A DNA stretch of 64,000 bases from an uncultured Gammaproteobacteria bacterium (lineage in GTDB: Bacteria; Pseudomonadota; Gammaproteobacteria; Steroidobacterales; Steroidobacteraceae). The notes below the pieces were generated by a model. The model was not told the origin of the DNA and did no database searches. It saw nothing but the letters and a program-made list of their open reading frames with translations. The stretch lies in the NCBI GenBank assembly GCA_963705405.1, contig CAVPJJ010000003.1, positions 96,760-160,759 of the forward strand, written 5' to 3'. The position numbers were made by a program, and so were the translations under genes. Positions 48,178-58,994 of the stretch are shown here, piece by piece (within the stretch, counting starts at the first letter, position 1; every line of letters starts with the position of its first letter).

Positions 48178-49310
48178 GATGCCGTAACTTCTTTGGCGAT
48201 GATGAGCTTCAGGATTTCGCTGGTGCCGCCGCCGATCAGGGTGAAGCGCACGTCGCGCAGGTACCGCTGCACCGGGTACTCCATCGCGTAGCCGTAGGAG
48301 GCGAACACCCGGGCCGCCTGGTCTGCGACGCTTGCTGCGCACTCGCTGGCGAACAGCTTTGCCATCGCCGCCTCCTTGTGGTGCGGCCGGCCCACATCGC
48401 GCAGCCAGGCGGCGCGATAGACCAGCTGAGTGGCCGCCTCGAGCCCGGTCGCCATCTCGGCGAGCTTCATCTGGATCGCCTGGTAGCGGTTGATCGGCCT
48501 GCCGAACTGCTTGCGCTCGCCAGCGTAGCGCACCGCGGCGTCAAGCGCAGCGCGCGCCAGGCCCAGCGCCATCGCCCCGGTGATGATGCGGATCTCGGCG
48601 AGCGTCTTGCGCAGATGCGCTTCGCCATCGCCTTCGGTCTCCGACAGGCGGTGACCGTCGGGCACGAAGCACTCGTCAAACGCCAGTTCCGAAGTGGGCA
48701 GCGCCCAGACGCCCATCTTCTCGATGGCGCGTCCGAGCTTGACGCCTGCGAAGCTGCGCTCGACCAGGAAGATGGTGAGCTTACCTTTCTCGCCGACCCT
48801 GGCGAACACGGTGAAGAAATCCGCGACCGGAGCCGAGGTGACCCAGCTCTTCTGGCCGTTGATCACGTAGCCGCCATCGACCTTGCGCGCGCGCGTCGCG
48901 ATACCATCGAGATCGCTGCCGGCGTCCGGCTCGGTCATGCAGATGGCGCCGATCTTCTCGCCGCGCAGCGCCGGCTTGAACAGCCGCTCCAGGATGTCCG
49001 CGTTGCCGAGCATGTGCAGGAACTTGGTGCCCATCAGCGATTGCATGGCGGCACAACCCGCCAGCGACATCGAGCCGCGCGCGATCTCCTCGAGCGCAAG
49101 GCAGAATTCCGTCAGCCGCATGCCGCTGCCGCCCACGTCCTCCGGATAGCGCATGCCGAAAAGACCCAGGGCGGCCAGTTCACCGAACAGCGCACGCGGG
49201 AACGCGTGCGCCTCGTCGAGCGCCGCGGCCTGCGGCGCGATGCGCTCGTCGGAGAAGCGCGCGAATGAGTCGCGCACCTGTTGCTGCTCGGGGCTCAGCT
49301 CGTAGTCCAT
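48174..49310 (-). CDS. Acyl-CoA dehydrogenase.
   Basis: It is 378 aa. It contains ..ICMTEPDAGSDL.., ..GQKSWVTSA.. and the C-terminal catalytic-base region YAMEYPVQRYLRDVRFTLIGGGTSEI. Confidence 0.9.
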   Translation of the reverse strand: MDYELSPEQQQVRDSFARFSDERIAPQAAALDEAHAFPRALFGELAALGLFGMRYPEDVGGSGMRLTEFCLALEEIARGSMSLAGCAAMQSLMGTKFLHMLGNADILERLFKPALRGEKIGAICMTEPDAGSDLDGIATRARKVDGGYVINGQKSWVTSAPVADFFTVFARVGEKGKLTIFLVERSFAGVKLGRAIEKMGVWALPTSELAFDECFVPDGHRLSETEGDGEAHLRKTLAEIRIITGAMALGLARAALDAAVRYAGERKQFGRPINRYQAIQMKLAEMATGLEAATQLVYRAAWLRDVGRPHHKEAAMAKLFASECAASVADQAARVFASYGYAMEYPVQRYLRDVRFTLIGGGTSEILKLIIAKEVTAS

Positions 49311-49311
49311 G

Positions 49312-49737
49312 TCAGGATTTGCTCCCGAGCTCGCGCCACTGGTAATCGATCAACTCGAGCAGCACGCCATTCACCGCACTTGGATACACGAACGCGAAGT
49401 CACAGTCGCGGAAGCGCCTGAGGCCGCCGATGAACGGATATCCCTTGACCTCGAGCTCCTCTTTCGCCGCACGGGTGTTGTCCACGTTGAGCGACACGAG
49501 CATCACGCCCTCGCCGCGCTTGTCGATGAACCTGGCGACATCGCCATCCGGCGTCAGCGACTCCATCAGTTCGAAGCCGACGCCGCCCACCCAGTACCGG
49601 GCCACGCGAATCTTCTCGGGTTCGTCCACGTAGGCGTCGTCCGGTCCTTCCTTGCCGAGGATCGGCTCCCAGATCTTCTGTGCCTCGGCCAAGTTCCTGA
49701 CGGCGATGCAAATGTGATCGAGCTTGTTGACTTTCAT
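49312..49737 (-). CDS. VOC/glyoxalase-fold protein (methylmalonyl-CoA epimerase-like).
   Basis: It contains MKVNKLDHICIAVRNLAEAQKIW..GFELMESL..GVMLVSLNVDN. It is 141 aa, and an ATGA overlap links it to the upstream ligase gene. Confidence 0.7.
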   Translation of the reverse strand: MKVNKLDHICIAVRNLAEAQKIWEPILGKEGPDDAYVDEPEKIRVARYWVGGVGFELMESLTPDGDVARFIDKRGEGVMLVSLNVDNTRAAKEELEVKGYPFIGGLRRFRDCDFAFVYPSAVNGVLLELIDYQWRELGSKS

Positions 49738-51219
49738 GCCTGCGCTCCGGTGCGCGCTCCGAGCGCCTTCCGCACCGCCTCCCTCTGTACCTTACCCAGT
49801 GCGCTGTGTGGCAGCTCGTCGACGAAGCGGATTTCGCGGGGCCACTTGTAGTGCGCGATGTTTCCCTCGAACAGCGCCAGCGCCTCGGCTTCCGTCAGGC
49901 GGTGGCCGGGTTTCAGCACCACCGCCGCGACGACCGCCTCACCCCAGCGCTGGTCGGGCCTGCCGACGACACATGCCTCCTCGATCGCCGGGCACTTCAA
50001 CAGGACGTTTTCCACTTCCGCCGGGTAGATGTTCTCGCCGCCCGAAATGATCATGTCCTTCTTGCGTGCGACCACCTGCAGGTGGCCTTCGTCGTCGAAA
50101 TGGCCGATGTCGCCCGAGCGAAACCAGCCGTCGGCAAACGCCTGCGCGGTCTCGGCAGGAGCATTCCAGTAGCCCATCGCAACATTGGGCCCGCGCACCA
50201 GGATTTCGCCGTCGCAGCCCGCGGGCAGTCCGGCGCCGTCTTCGTCCACGACCTTCAGCTCGCAGTGCAGCGCGGGCGCGCCCGCCGACCCGGCCTTGCG
50301 CAGGGCATCACTGGCACGCTGGTAGGTCGCGATCGGGCAGGTTTCGGTGGATCCGTACACCTGGATCACCGGCACGCCGCATTCGCTGACCTTGCGAATG
50401 AAGTCTTCGGTAATGATCGTCGAGCCCGTGCTGATCACGCGCAGGCTCGACAGGTCGGTGCGCCTCCAGCGCGGCAGGGCCATCAGCGCCTCGAACTGCG
50501 CCGGTACCAGCACAGTGAGCGTGATGCGCTCGCGCTCGATGGCCTCGAGCGTCGCCTCCGGGTCGAATTTCGCGTGCAGCGTGACGCTCGCGCCGGCGTG
50601 CAGCGCAGGCGTGGTCTGGATGTTCATGCCGCCCACATGAAACAGCGGCAGCGTCGTCAGCACGCGGTCCTGGCTGCTGAGGTCGTGCATGTGCGTGCTG
50701 TTCAGCGCGTTCCACAGGATCGCGCGCTGCGTGACCACCACGCCCTTGGGCGCGCCGGTCGAGCCCGAGGTGTAGCAAAGCAAGCAGCGGCGAGGTCTCG
50801 TCGCCCTCGGGGGCGGGTAGGCGGGCGCAGTCCACGTTCAGCACGGACAGCCCGGTCGCAGAGATCGCACCGTCGATGGTAGCCGCGTGCGCGGCGAAGG
50901 CTGGCTCGACGAACAGGATGCGTGGCGGGCAATCTGCCAGCACCTGCGCATGCTCGCGCGGCGCGAGCCGCCAGTTTAGCGGCACGAACATCGCGCCCTG
51001 GCGCGCGCAGGCGAACAGCAACACCAGCACCAGCGGGTGGTTCAGCCCGAGGTAGGCAACTGCGTCGCCGCGCTTTACTCCGAGCCCGGCGAGTGCCGCC
51101 GCGGCGCGCGCGACACGGCGCGCGAGCTCCGCATAGCTGATGTCCTCGCCGCCGAAGCGGATTGCGACGGCGTCGGGCGAATTCCGCGCGTGTCCCTCGA
51201 TCCAGTGCGACAGATCCAT
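49734..51219 (-). pseudogene. AMP-dependent acyl-CoA synthetase/ligase. As written, there is one frame break near 50785.
   Basis: The N-terminal part is in ORF 50308..51219 (MDLSHWIEGHARNSPDAVAIRFGGEDISYAEL..). The rest is in ORF 49734..50783 (CYTSGSTGAPKG, YGSTETC, GDIGHFDDEGHLQVVARKKDMIISGGENIYPAEVE). Confidence 0.85.
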
Positions 51220-51228
51220 GGTCGGTGC

Positions 51229-52434
51229 CTAGTTCCCGCTCACTTCGAGCACCACGGCCATCGCCGTGTCGCCCGCTGCGCAGCCCGCGAACAGGCCACG
51301 TCCACCGCCGCGCGTCACCAGTTCCTCGATCAGCTCGATGATCGACCGCGTACCCATCGGCGCCTGAGGATGACCCCAGACGAGCGAGCAGCCATAGTTG
51401 TTCATGCGCGCGATGTCGGCGCCGGTGACGCGCGCGAACAGGATGTCGTTGAGCGCGAACGGATTGTGCGTCTTGATCGCATCCATGCGCTCGATCGGGA
51501 GCCCGGCTGCGGTAAGCGCGCGCTGCGCCGCGGGGGCCGTGGCCTCCGGCATGCAGGCGAGTGCCGCGCGTGACTGGCCGAATCCGAGCAGCCGGACGCG
51601 GATCTTCGGATCCTTCGACAGTTCCCTCGCGCGCTCCGGGGTCGCGAGCACGATCGCCGCATTGCCGTCGGCAGGATGCGTCTGGCCGCCGAAGGTCACG
51701 GTGCCGCCCTCCAGCAAGGGCTTGAGTTTCGCGAGTCCCTCTGGCGTGGACGCGGTGATGCCTTCGTCGCCCGGCAGCGTGACCACCACCTTGCGATAGC
51801 TGGGGTCGGGCACCTCGAACGGCAACGTCATGAATCGCCGGTGGAACGCCGCGTCACCGGCGAGTGCATCGCGATACTGCGACTCGCGGCGCAGCACTAC
51901 CTCGTGCTGCTCAGCCGTTCCGATGCCGTGTGTCTTAGCGACGTTCTCCGCGGTCGCAAGCATCGCATGCGGCCCGAGCGGGTCACAGTTGAAATTGTCC
52001 ATCACCCAGTCCTCGTGCACGCCCGTGCCTCCGGGGCCACGCGGATTCGGGTAATAGAGATGCGGTCCGTTCGAGGTGCGGTCGCAGGTGACGGTCAGCG
52101 AGACACACGAGAGCCCGCATTCAATTTCCTGCGCGCCTGCAAGCAGCACGCGGACGCCGGTAGCACAGGCCTGCATCAGCGTCGGGCCGCCAATCTGGCC
52201 GATACCCGCGCGCCCAGCGAGCCACGGCAGGCCGTAAAACGCGTGCTTCTGGGGCACGCTGAGGCCGAGCACGCCGTGATCGAAGCCCTCCGGCGGGATG
52301 CTGCGCCGCGCGAGCTCGGCCCTGACGACGTGCGCCGCGAATTCGATCGAGTGCAGGTTCGAGAGGGCGCCCTGCCAGCGCGCAAACGGTGTGCTCCAAT
52401 AACAGCCGTAAGGAATTTCTGCCTTGTAAGCCAT
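51229..52434 (-). CDS. Thiolase-fold acetyl-CoA acyltransferase-like protein.
   Basis: It is 401 aa. It has the active-site-like QACATG, and C-terminal WGHPQAPMG and GCAAGD motifs. Confidence 0.8.
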   Translation of the reverse strand: MAYKAEIPYGCYWSTPFARWQGALSNLHSIEFAAHVVRAELARRSIPPEGFDHGVLGLSVPQKHAFYGLPWLAGRAGIGQIGGPTLMQACATGVRVLLAGAQEIECGLSCVSLTVTCDRTSNGPHLYYPNPRGPGGTGVHEDWVMDNFNCDPLGPHAMLATAENVAKTHGIGTAEQHEVVLRRESQYRDALAGDAAFHRRFMTLPFEVPDPSYRKVVVTLPGDEGITASTPEGLAKLKPLLEGGTVTFGGQTHPADGNAAIVLATPERARELSKDPKIRVRLLGFGQSRAALACMPEATAPAAQRALTAAGLPIERMDAIKTHNPFALNDILFARVTGADIARMNNYGCSLVWGHPQAPMGTRSIIELIEELVTRGGGRGLFAGCAAGDTAMAVVLEVSGN

Positions 52435-53102
52435 CAGTTCGACTCCGTCATGTCGAGCAGGATGCGCTTCGCGTTGCCAAGGTGCGTGCGCATCGCCTGT
52501 GCCGCGGCTGCACCATCGCCTTTGGAGAGCGCTGCGGCAAGCTGTCTGAGACCTGCCAGGACGAGAACGCGCACTGCGGCAGTGTCGAGCGTGAAGGCGC
52601 GCAGGTAGCGTACGTGATCGGCATAAAGCTGGATCGCGCGGACCAGGCGTTTGTTCGGCACCAGCGCGGTCCAGGCATCGCGAAACCGGTAATTGGCCTC
52701 CATGAAAGCCGCGCCGTCCGCCGCCTGGTTCGCGGCCGCCATGTCCTCAAGCGCAGCGCGCAGCGGCGCGAGTGCCTTACGACCCGGCTGACTCACTGCC
52801 ACGAGCCGCAGCGCCTCCGGCTCGAGCAGGAACCTGAGCGCGTAGATGTCCTCGATGTCACCCATCGAAAGTGATGGCAAGGTGAAGCTGCGGCCATCGG
52901 CGGCCACCAGGCCTTCGCTGGCGAGCCGCGCCAACGCCTCGCGCACCGGCGTGCGGGAGACGCCCAGCTGGGTGGCGAGCACGCCCTCCTGCAACGGCTG
53001 GCCCGCGCGGATGCGGCCCGCGCGCAGGTAATCGCGCAGCGTCGTATAAACGCGCTCGCCGAGCGGCTCGGATCGTTGCAATGTGCGCAGCCTGGCGATC
53101 AT
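52434..53102 (-). CDS. GntR-family transcriptional regulator (FadR/FCD subfamily), embedded in the operon.
   Basis: It has the N-terminal winged HTH (..LATQLGVSRTPVREALARLASEGLV..) and a C-terminal all-helical FCD-like domain. Its stop overlaps the thiolase ATG by 1 nt. Confidence 0.85.
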   Translation of the reverse strand: MIARLRTLQRSEPLGERVYTTLRDYLRAGRIRAGQPLQEGVLATQLGVSRTPVREALARLASEGLVAADGRSFTLPSLSMGDIEDIYALRFLLEPEALRLVAVSQPGRKALAPLRAALEDMAAANQAADGAAFMEANYRFRDAWTALVPNKRLVRAIQLYADHVRYLRAFTLDTAAVRVLVLAGLRQLAAALSKGDGAAAAQAMRTHLGNAKRILLDMTESN

Positions 53103-53116
53103 GTGGCGGCGCCTCC

Positions 53117-55118
53117 CTAACCGGTCCGCGAAAAATCCGGCTTGCGCCGCTCGCGAAAGGCGATGATGCCTTCACGCGCGGCCGCCGTGCAGGCGCTGCG
53201 TCCGAACGCCCGGTAGCCGACATCCAGTGCGGTGGCAAATGTCGGTGCTGCCGCCGCGGTGCGGACCGCGTCCTCGATGATCCCGACCACTTCGCGGCTG
53301 AGTGGTTGCGCGGCAGCCATTGCGTCGAATGGCGCGATCGCGACAGGGTGATCCAGCGGCGCCCGCCGCTTGCCGGCGAGCGCGTGCACGCACGCCACGG
53401 CCTGCCGGATCAACGATGCATAATCGTCGGCGAGTTCCGCGATGATTCCGGCCTCATGCGCCTTGGTCGCGTCGAGCCGCTCGGCGCGGCGCAGCATGCC
53501 GTGAAAAAGCGCCGCCGCCTGCGGCCAGCGTCGATAGGGAACGACCATCGCCCCGATGCCCGGCGCAATTCCCAGCGTGATTTCCGGGAACTGCAGCCAC
53601 GCACCGCGCTGCGCGACGATGGCGTGGCAGCGCATCGCCAGCTCCAGCCCGCCGCCGAGCGCCATGCCGTTCAGCGCCGCGACCACCGGTTTTTCCATCG
53701 CGTCCAGGTGCACGAGCAGCCGCGAGCAGTCGCGCGCGTATTGCGCCGATGCCGCTGCATCGCCGAGCACGCCGGAAAAGCGCCCGACGTCGGCGCCGGC
53801 GCAGAACGCGCGCGTGCCGTAGCCGACTAGGATAAAGCCCTGCACCGCGGGATCCGCCTCATGACGCCGGATGACCTGCCAGATTTCGTCATTGAGTTCA
53901 TCATGCAGTGCGTTCCGCACCTCGGGCCGGCGCAGGGTGATGACGATCACGCCGTCCAGCCTGTCTATCAGTACGCTGCGCTCGAAGCGTTGATATTCGC
54001 CGAGCGCACGCTGCGGCATCGGCATCCCAGGGCGCTCTGCAGCGAAACGCTGCAATACTCGCCGTACCTCGGGCTCGCCCAGCATTCGCATCAACTCGAG
54101 CGGGCCGTGCCGGAAGCCGAGTGCCAGGCGACAGCCCAGATCGAGGTCCGGAGCCTCGCCGATGTCCCGATCGAGGATATCCACGGACTGCGACCACAGC
54201 ACGCCGAGCAGCCGGTCGCGCACCGCGCCGGAGACGTCGGCGGGCACCGGGACGCGCTTGCCGATGGCGCAAGTGGCCCAACTTGCAACTGAGCGGAAGA
54301 TCGGCGCGGGATCGTAATGCCCGCCTTCGGCCCCAGCCTGCAGCGTGTTGGCCTCAGTGATGATCGGGTTTCCGTTCGCGAGGTTCAAAACGCAGAAAGG
54401 GCCCGCATGCACGAATTCCCCGGCCACGCTGTCAATCTGCGCCGCCGTGGCCCGCGTCAGGCAATGCGCGGCGTCATTGCACCAGTTGTCGAATACCCGG
54501 TCGAGCATGAAGCATTCCACGTCCGCGGTAATGAGCGGCACCTTGCCGGTGACGCAGAAGAACCAGTGTAGGTATTCCACGACTTGTGGGTCGGCCTCGC
54601 GCGCGCGTACCACCTCGACTACTGGATTACGCCACGCGGGTGCGAAGAAGTGGGTCACCGTGGCGCGTGCCTTGTGCTTCAGGCCCGAGAACACTCGCGC
54701 CGCCGGCAGGGAACTGGTATTGGAGGTGATGAGGGCATCGGCCGGCACCAGCGTCTCGACCTGCGCGAAGATCTTCTGCTTCAGGGAGAGGTCTTCGGTC
54801 GCGGCCTCGAGGACCCAGTCGGCCCCGCGGATCGCTTCATAATCGGTGCTGCCCCGCACGCCGCGCGTCACCGCGGCAGCGTCGGCCTCGCTCATCTTGC
54901 CGAGTGCGCGGGCTTTGGTCGGCATACTCCCCGAAGCGCGCCAGGGCCCGGTCGATAGCCGGCTGCGCGACATCCACCAGCACCAGGTCCAGGTCCGGGA
55001 GAGCGCTCTTCAGGTAGTAACCGATGTCGGGCCCGATGGTGCCTGCGCCGATCACCGCAACCCGCGAAGGAATCGGCCGCGAGGGAGCCTGGAGCAGGGG
55101 GTTACGGGACCCGGCCAT
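53117..55118 (-). pseudogene. Bifunctional 3-hydroxyacyl-CoA dehydrogenase / enoyl-CoA hydratase (dehydrogenase N-terminal, crotonase C-terminal). As written, there is one frame break near 54930.
   Basis: MAGSRNPLLQAPSRPIPSRVAVIGAGTIGPDIG (Rossmann) is in ORF 54837..55154. It continues in ORF 53117..54973 (..TSNTSSLP..HFFAPAWRNPVVEV.. and the crotonase motifs AFCAGADV and ALNGMALGGGLELAM). Confidence 0.8.
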
Positions 55119-55122
55119 TGCA

Positions 55123-55150
55123 TGTACAGTATACGGTATACCGATATCGG
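55123..55150. promoter_or_regulatory. Cluster of overlapping short palindromes (TGTACA, GTATAC, CGGTATACCG, CCGATATCGG), a candidate operator in a 41-bp divergent intergenic region.
   Basis: Read directly from the sequence at 55119..55159 (TGCATGTACAGTATACGGTATACCGATATCGGGCAAGCCTG). This is the only non-coding DNA between the operon start (55118) and the hyuA start (55160). Confidence 0.5.
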
Positions 55151-55159
55151 GCAAGCCTG

Positions 55160-57261
55160 ATGCGCATCGGAATTGACGTCGGCGGCACGTTCACCGATTT
55201 CGTCCTGCTGGAGGATGCCAGCGGGCGCACTCATACCTACAAGTGCCTGACCACGCCCCGTGACCCGTCGGACGCCATCGAAAAAGGCCTGCGCGCCCTC
55301 GACAAGCCAGATTCCGGGCTGCGTCGCGGGGATGGAAGAAGTGATCCACGGCACGACGCTAGTGATCAACGCCATCATCGAGCGCAAGGGCGCGCGCACC
55401 GGGTTGCTCACCACGCGCGGTTTCCGCGACGTACTCGAGCTCGGCCGCGAGATGCGCTATGCGGCCTATGACGCCTTTGCCCAGATGCCAGAACCGCTGG
55501 TGCCGCGGGAGCGACGGCTGGAGGTGGACGAACGCGTGCGCGCCGACGGCAGCGTGCTTGTGCCACTCGACATGGCGCAGGCGAATGCAGCAGTGCGCGA
55601 ATTGGCCCAGCTTGGCGTCGAGTCGGTCGCCGTGTGCTTGCTGAATTCCTTCGAGAATCCGGTGCACGAACAGGCCCTCAAGCGCCTGCTCGCCAAGGAT
55701 TTCCCGCAGGCCTCGGTTTCCATTTCCTACGATGTACTGCCGCAGATCCGGGAGTACGAACGCACCAGCACCACGGTGACCAATGCCTACGTCAAGCCAC
55801 TCACCGAGACCTATCTGCGGCAGCTGCGCGAGCGCCTGGGCAACCTGGGTTTTCGCGGCCGGTTGTTCATCATGCTTTCTTCCGGCGGCGTCACGTCGGC
55901 CGAGACGGCTGCGGAGTTTCCGGTGCGCATCATCGAATCTGGCCCGACCGCGGCCGTGATCGCCGCTCAGTACTACAGCAATCTGTTCCAGTGCCCCGAG
56001 ATGTTCTGCTTTGACATGGGCGGCACGACCGCAAAGTCCTGCCTCATCCAGGGCGGCATCGCCGGAGTGGTGCCGACCTTCGAGGTCGGGCGCGTGCAGC
56101 GCTTCCAGAAAGGCAGCGGCCTCACCATCCAGGTGCCGGTGGTCGACCTGATGGAAATCGGTGCCGGTGGCGGCAGCATTGCACGCGCTGAGCCGGCTCG
56201 GCACGCTACAGGTCGGCCCGCAGAGCGCTGGCGCCGAGCCCGGACCGATCTGCTACGGACGCGGTGGTGTCGAGCCGACGGTGACCGACGCGGACCTGCT
56301 GCTCGGCTATCTCGATCCTGGCTACTTTCTCGGCGGCACGATGCAGCTGGATGCCGACGCGGCACAGCGCGGCATCGAGGACGCGAGTAGCGCGGCCGCT
56401 CGGCGTGTCCTAGCCTGGAAGCCGTGTGGGGCATCCACGACCTCATCAACGAAACCATGGCAGCCGCGGCAAAGACGCACATCGCCGAGCGCGGCGGCAA
56501 TCCGCAGCTCGTCACGGTGGCGGCGTTTGGCGGCGCCGGGCCCGTGCATGCCTGTGGGCTCGCGCGTAAGCTGGGCGCACCCCGCCTGCTGGTGCCGCCC
56601 AACGCTGGCGTCGGCTCGGCGCTTGGCTTTTTCACTGCACCGCGTGCATTCGACCTGGTGCGCAGCCACAAGGTGCCGCTCACGGCGGCGGATTTCGGGA
56701 AACTGGAGATGCTGTTCCGCGAGCTGGAGGCTGAAGGCGAGCGCACATTGCGCCGGGCCGGCGCCGAAGGGCCGATCGGATTTTCGCGCTCGGTCGAGGC
56801 GCGCTTCATCGGCCAGGGATCGGAGACCGAGCCTCGCCATCGCCGAGCGTGATTTCGGCGCGCTGGATCCCATCGAACTGCGTCGCCGCTTCGACGACAA
56901 CTACGCGCGGCTCTACGGCCGTACCTATCCGGAGTCGCCGGTCGAATTCGTCAACTTCTGCGTGCGCGCCAGCCTGCCGGTGAAGCAGCTTACCCTGCCC
57001 AGGATCGCGCAGCGGGGGCGCACGCAGGATGCCTTCAAGGGCGAGCGCAGGGCCTATTGCGCAAGCGTGCGCGACTTCATCCCGCACGCCGTCTATGACC
57101 GCTATCGACTTTCCCCGGGCGCCGAGCTGTCGGGACCGGCAATCGTCGAGGAGCGCGAGTCCACGGTGATCATCGGCGAGCACGCGCGGGCGCGGGTGGA
57201 CGAGTTCGGCTTCCTGTGGATCGACCTGCCCAAGGAGCGAAGCCGTGGCGACAGGCGTTGA
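55160..57261 (+). pseudogene. Hydantoinase/oxoprolinase family, HyuA-type (ATP-dependent hydantoinase or acetone/acetophenone carboxylase family subunit). As written, there are about four frame breaks.
   Basis: MRIGIDVGGTFTDFVLLEDASGRTHTYKCLTTPRDPSDAIEKGL continues through ORFs 55260..56390, 56161..57261 and 56424..56852, then back to the 56161..57261 frame. The breaks are near 55330, 56195, 56410 and 56830. Confidence 0.8.
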
Positions 57262-58932
57262 GCCGCGCTTTGACCCGATCACACTGGAGATCCTCTGGCG
57301 ACGGCTGATCTCGATCGTCGATGAATCCGACGCGGCGGTCGCACGCACGGCGTTCTCCAGCCTGCTGCGCGACGCGCACGACTACACCTGCATGTTCACG
57401 GACGCGCGCGGGCGGGAACTTGCGCAGGGCACGCTCGCCACGCCCGGCCAGTCGGGCGCGATGGCGCTCGGCATCAAGCAGCTGGTGCAGGGCCTGCCGC
57501 CGGACTCCTTCCGGCCGGGCGACGTGTACATCACCAATGACCCCTGGGCGCTCGCCGGCCACCTGAACGACGTCTGCGTGCTGAGCCCGATCTTCCATCG
57601 CGACCGTCTCGCCGCCTTTACCGCCTGCATCCTGCACCACTCGGACATCGGCGGGCGGGTCGCCTCGGACAACCGCGAGGTATTCGAGGAAGGCCTGTTC
57701 ATCCCGCTGGTCAAGCTCTACGACGCGCGGGCAGCTCAACCAGGGTGTGCTCGACATGATCCGCGCCAACGTGCGCACGCCGGAGCAGGTGAACGGCGAC
57801 ATCCGCTCGCAGATCGCCGCCAACCACGTCTGCGCCGCGCAGGTCGTGCGCATGCTCGAGGAGTACGGGCTCGACGGCCTGGACGATCTGGCCGACGAGA
57901 TCATCGCGCGCAGCGAGAAGAGCATCCGCGCCTCGATCGCGAAGGTGCCGGCGGGCGTCTACCGTTCCGAGGGCGTGATCGAGCAGATGGAAGGGCAGCC
58001 GGAGGTCCTGATCCGCTGCGCGGTCACGATCCAGGGCAGCGACATCACGGTGGACCTGAGCGGCTCTTCGCCGCAGGTGGAGTGGGGCGGCAACGTCGTC
58101 TACAACTTCACCTACGCCTACGTGCACATGGCGGTGAAGAGCATCTTCGACCCGGAGATCCCGAACAACGACGGCATCGCCGCGCCGATCCGCCTCGTCG
58201 CGCCGGAAGGCACGGTCGTCAACTGCCGCCATCCCGGCGGCGGTGGCGGCGCGCATGCAGATCGGGCACTTCATCACCGAGATCATCTACCGCGCGCTCG
58301 CCGGGGCGCTGCCGGATCGCGTGGTCGCCGGCGGCGGCGGCACGCCGGCGACGATGCAGATGTTCTACGGCCGGCACGGCGACGGCCGCCCGTTCCACAC
58401 CGTGCTGATCCGCGGCGGCGGCCTGGGCGCAAGCGCGGGACGCGACGGCGAGGGCAGCTTCATCTTCCCGGCCAACGGCGCCAACACTCCGGTCGAGATT
58501 CTCGAGAGCGACTCGCCCCTCATCGTCGAGCGGCGCGAACTGCTCCCCGATTCGGGCGGCGCCGGCAAGCAGCGCGGCGCGCTCGGCCGGCGCGAGGTGT
58601 TCCGCGTGCCCGACGACGCTTACGCGCCGCAGCCGCCGGTGAGCCTCGCGATCCAGTCAGGGCGGTTTCGCCTGCCGCCCGAGGGCCTGTTCGGCGGCCA
58701 GCCGGGCGCGCTCGCACGTTTCCTCGTCAATGGCAGGCCGGGCGATCCGTACGGGCTGACGCGCCTGCAGCCCGGTGACACGCTGGTCATGGACGCGGCG
58801 GGCGGCGGCGGCTTTGGCGATCCGCGCGAGCGCGACCCCGGGCTGCTTGCGCGCGACCTGCGCGAGGGCAAGGTGAGCGCCGAGAGTGCGCAGCGTGACT
58901 ATGGCGCAGCGAAATCGCCCCGGGAATCCTGA
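57245..58932 (+). pseudogene. Hydantoinase B/oxoprolinase family, HyuB-type subunit. As written, there are two frame breaks near 57735 and 58245.
   Basis: MATGVEPRFDPITLEILWRRLISIVDESDAAVARTAFSSLLRDAHDYTCMFTDARG.. continues in ORF 57747..58778 (MLDMIRANVRTPEQVNGDIRSQIAANHV..) and ORF 58243..58932 (..RGGGLGASAGRDGEGSFIFPANGANTPVEILES..). Confidence 0.8.
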
Positions 58933-58994
58933 TCAGGGAATCTGGTGGCGGGCCGAAGCGGGATGAGTTTTGCATTGACGGCTGACCGGGAGAC

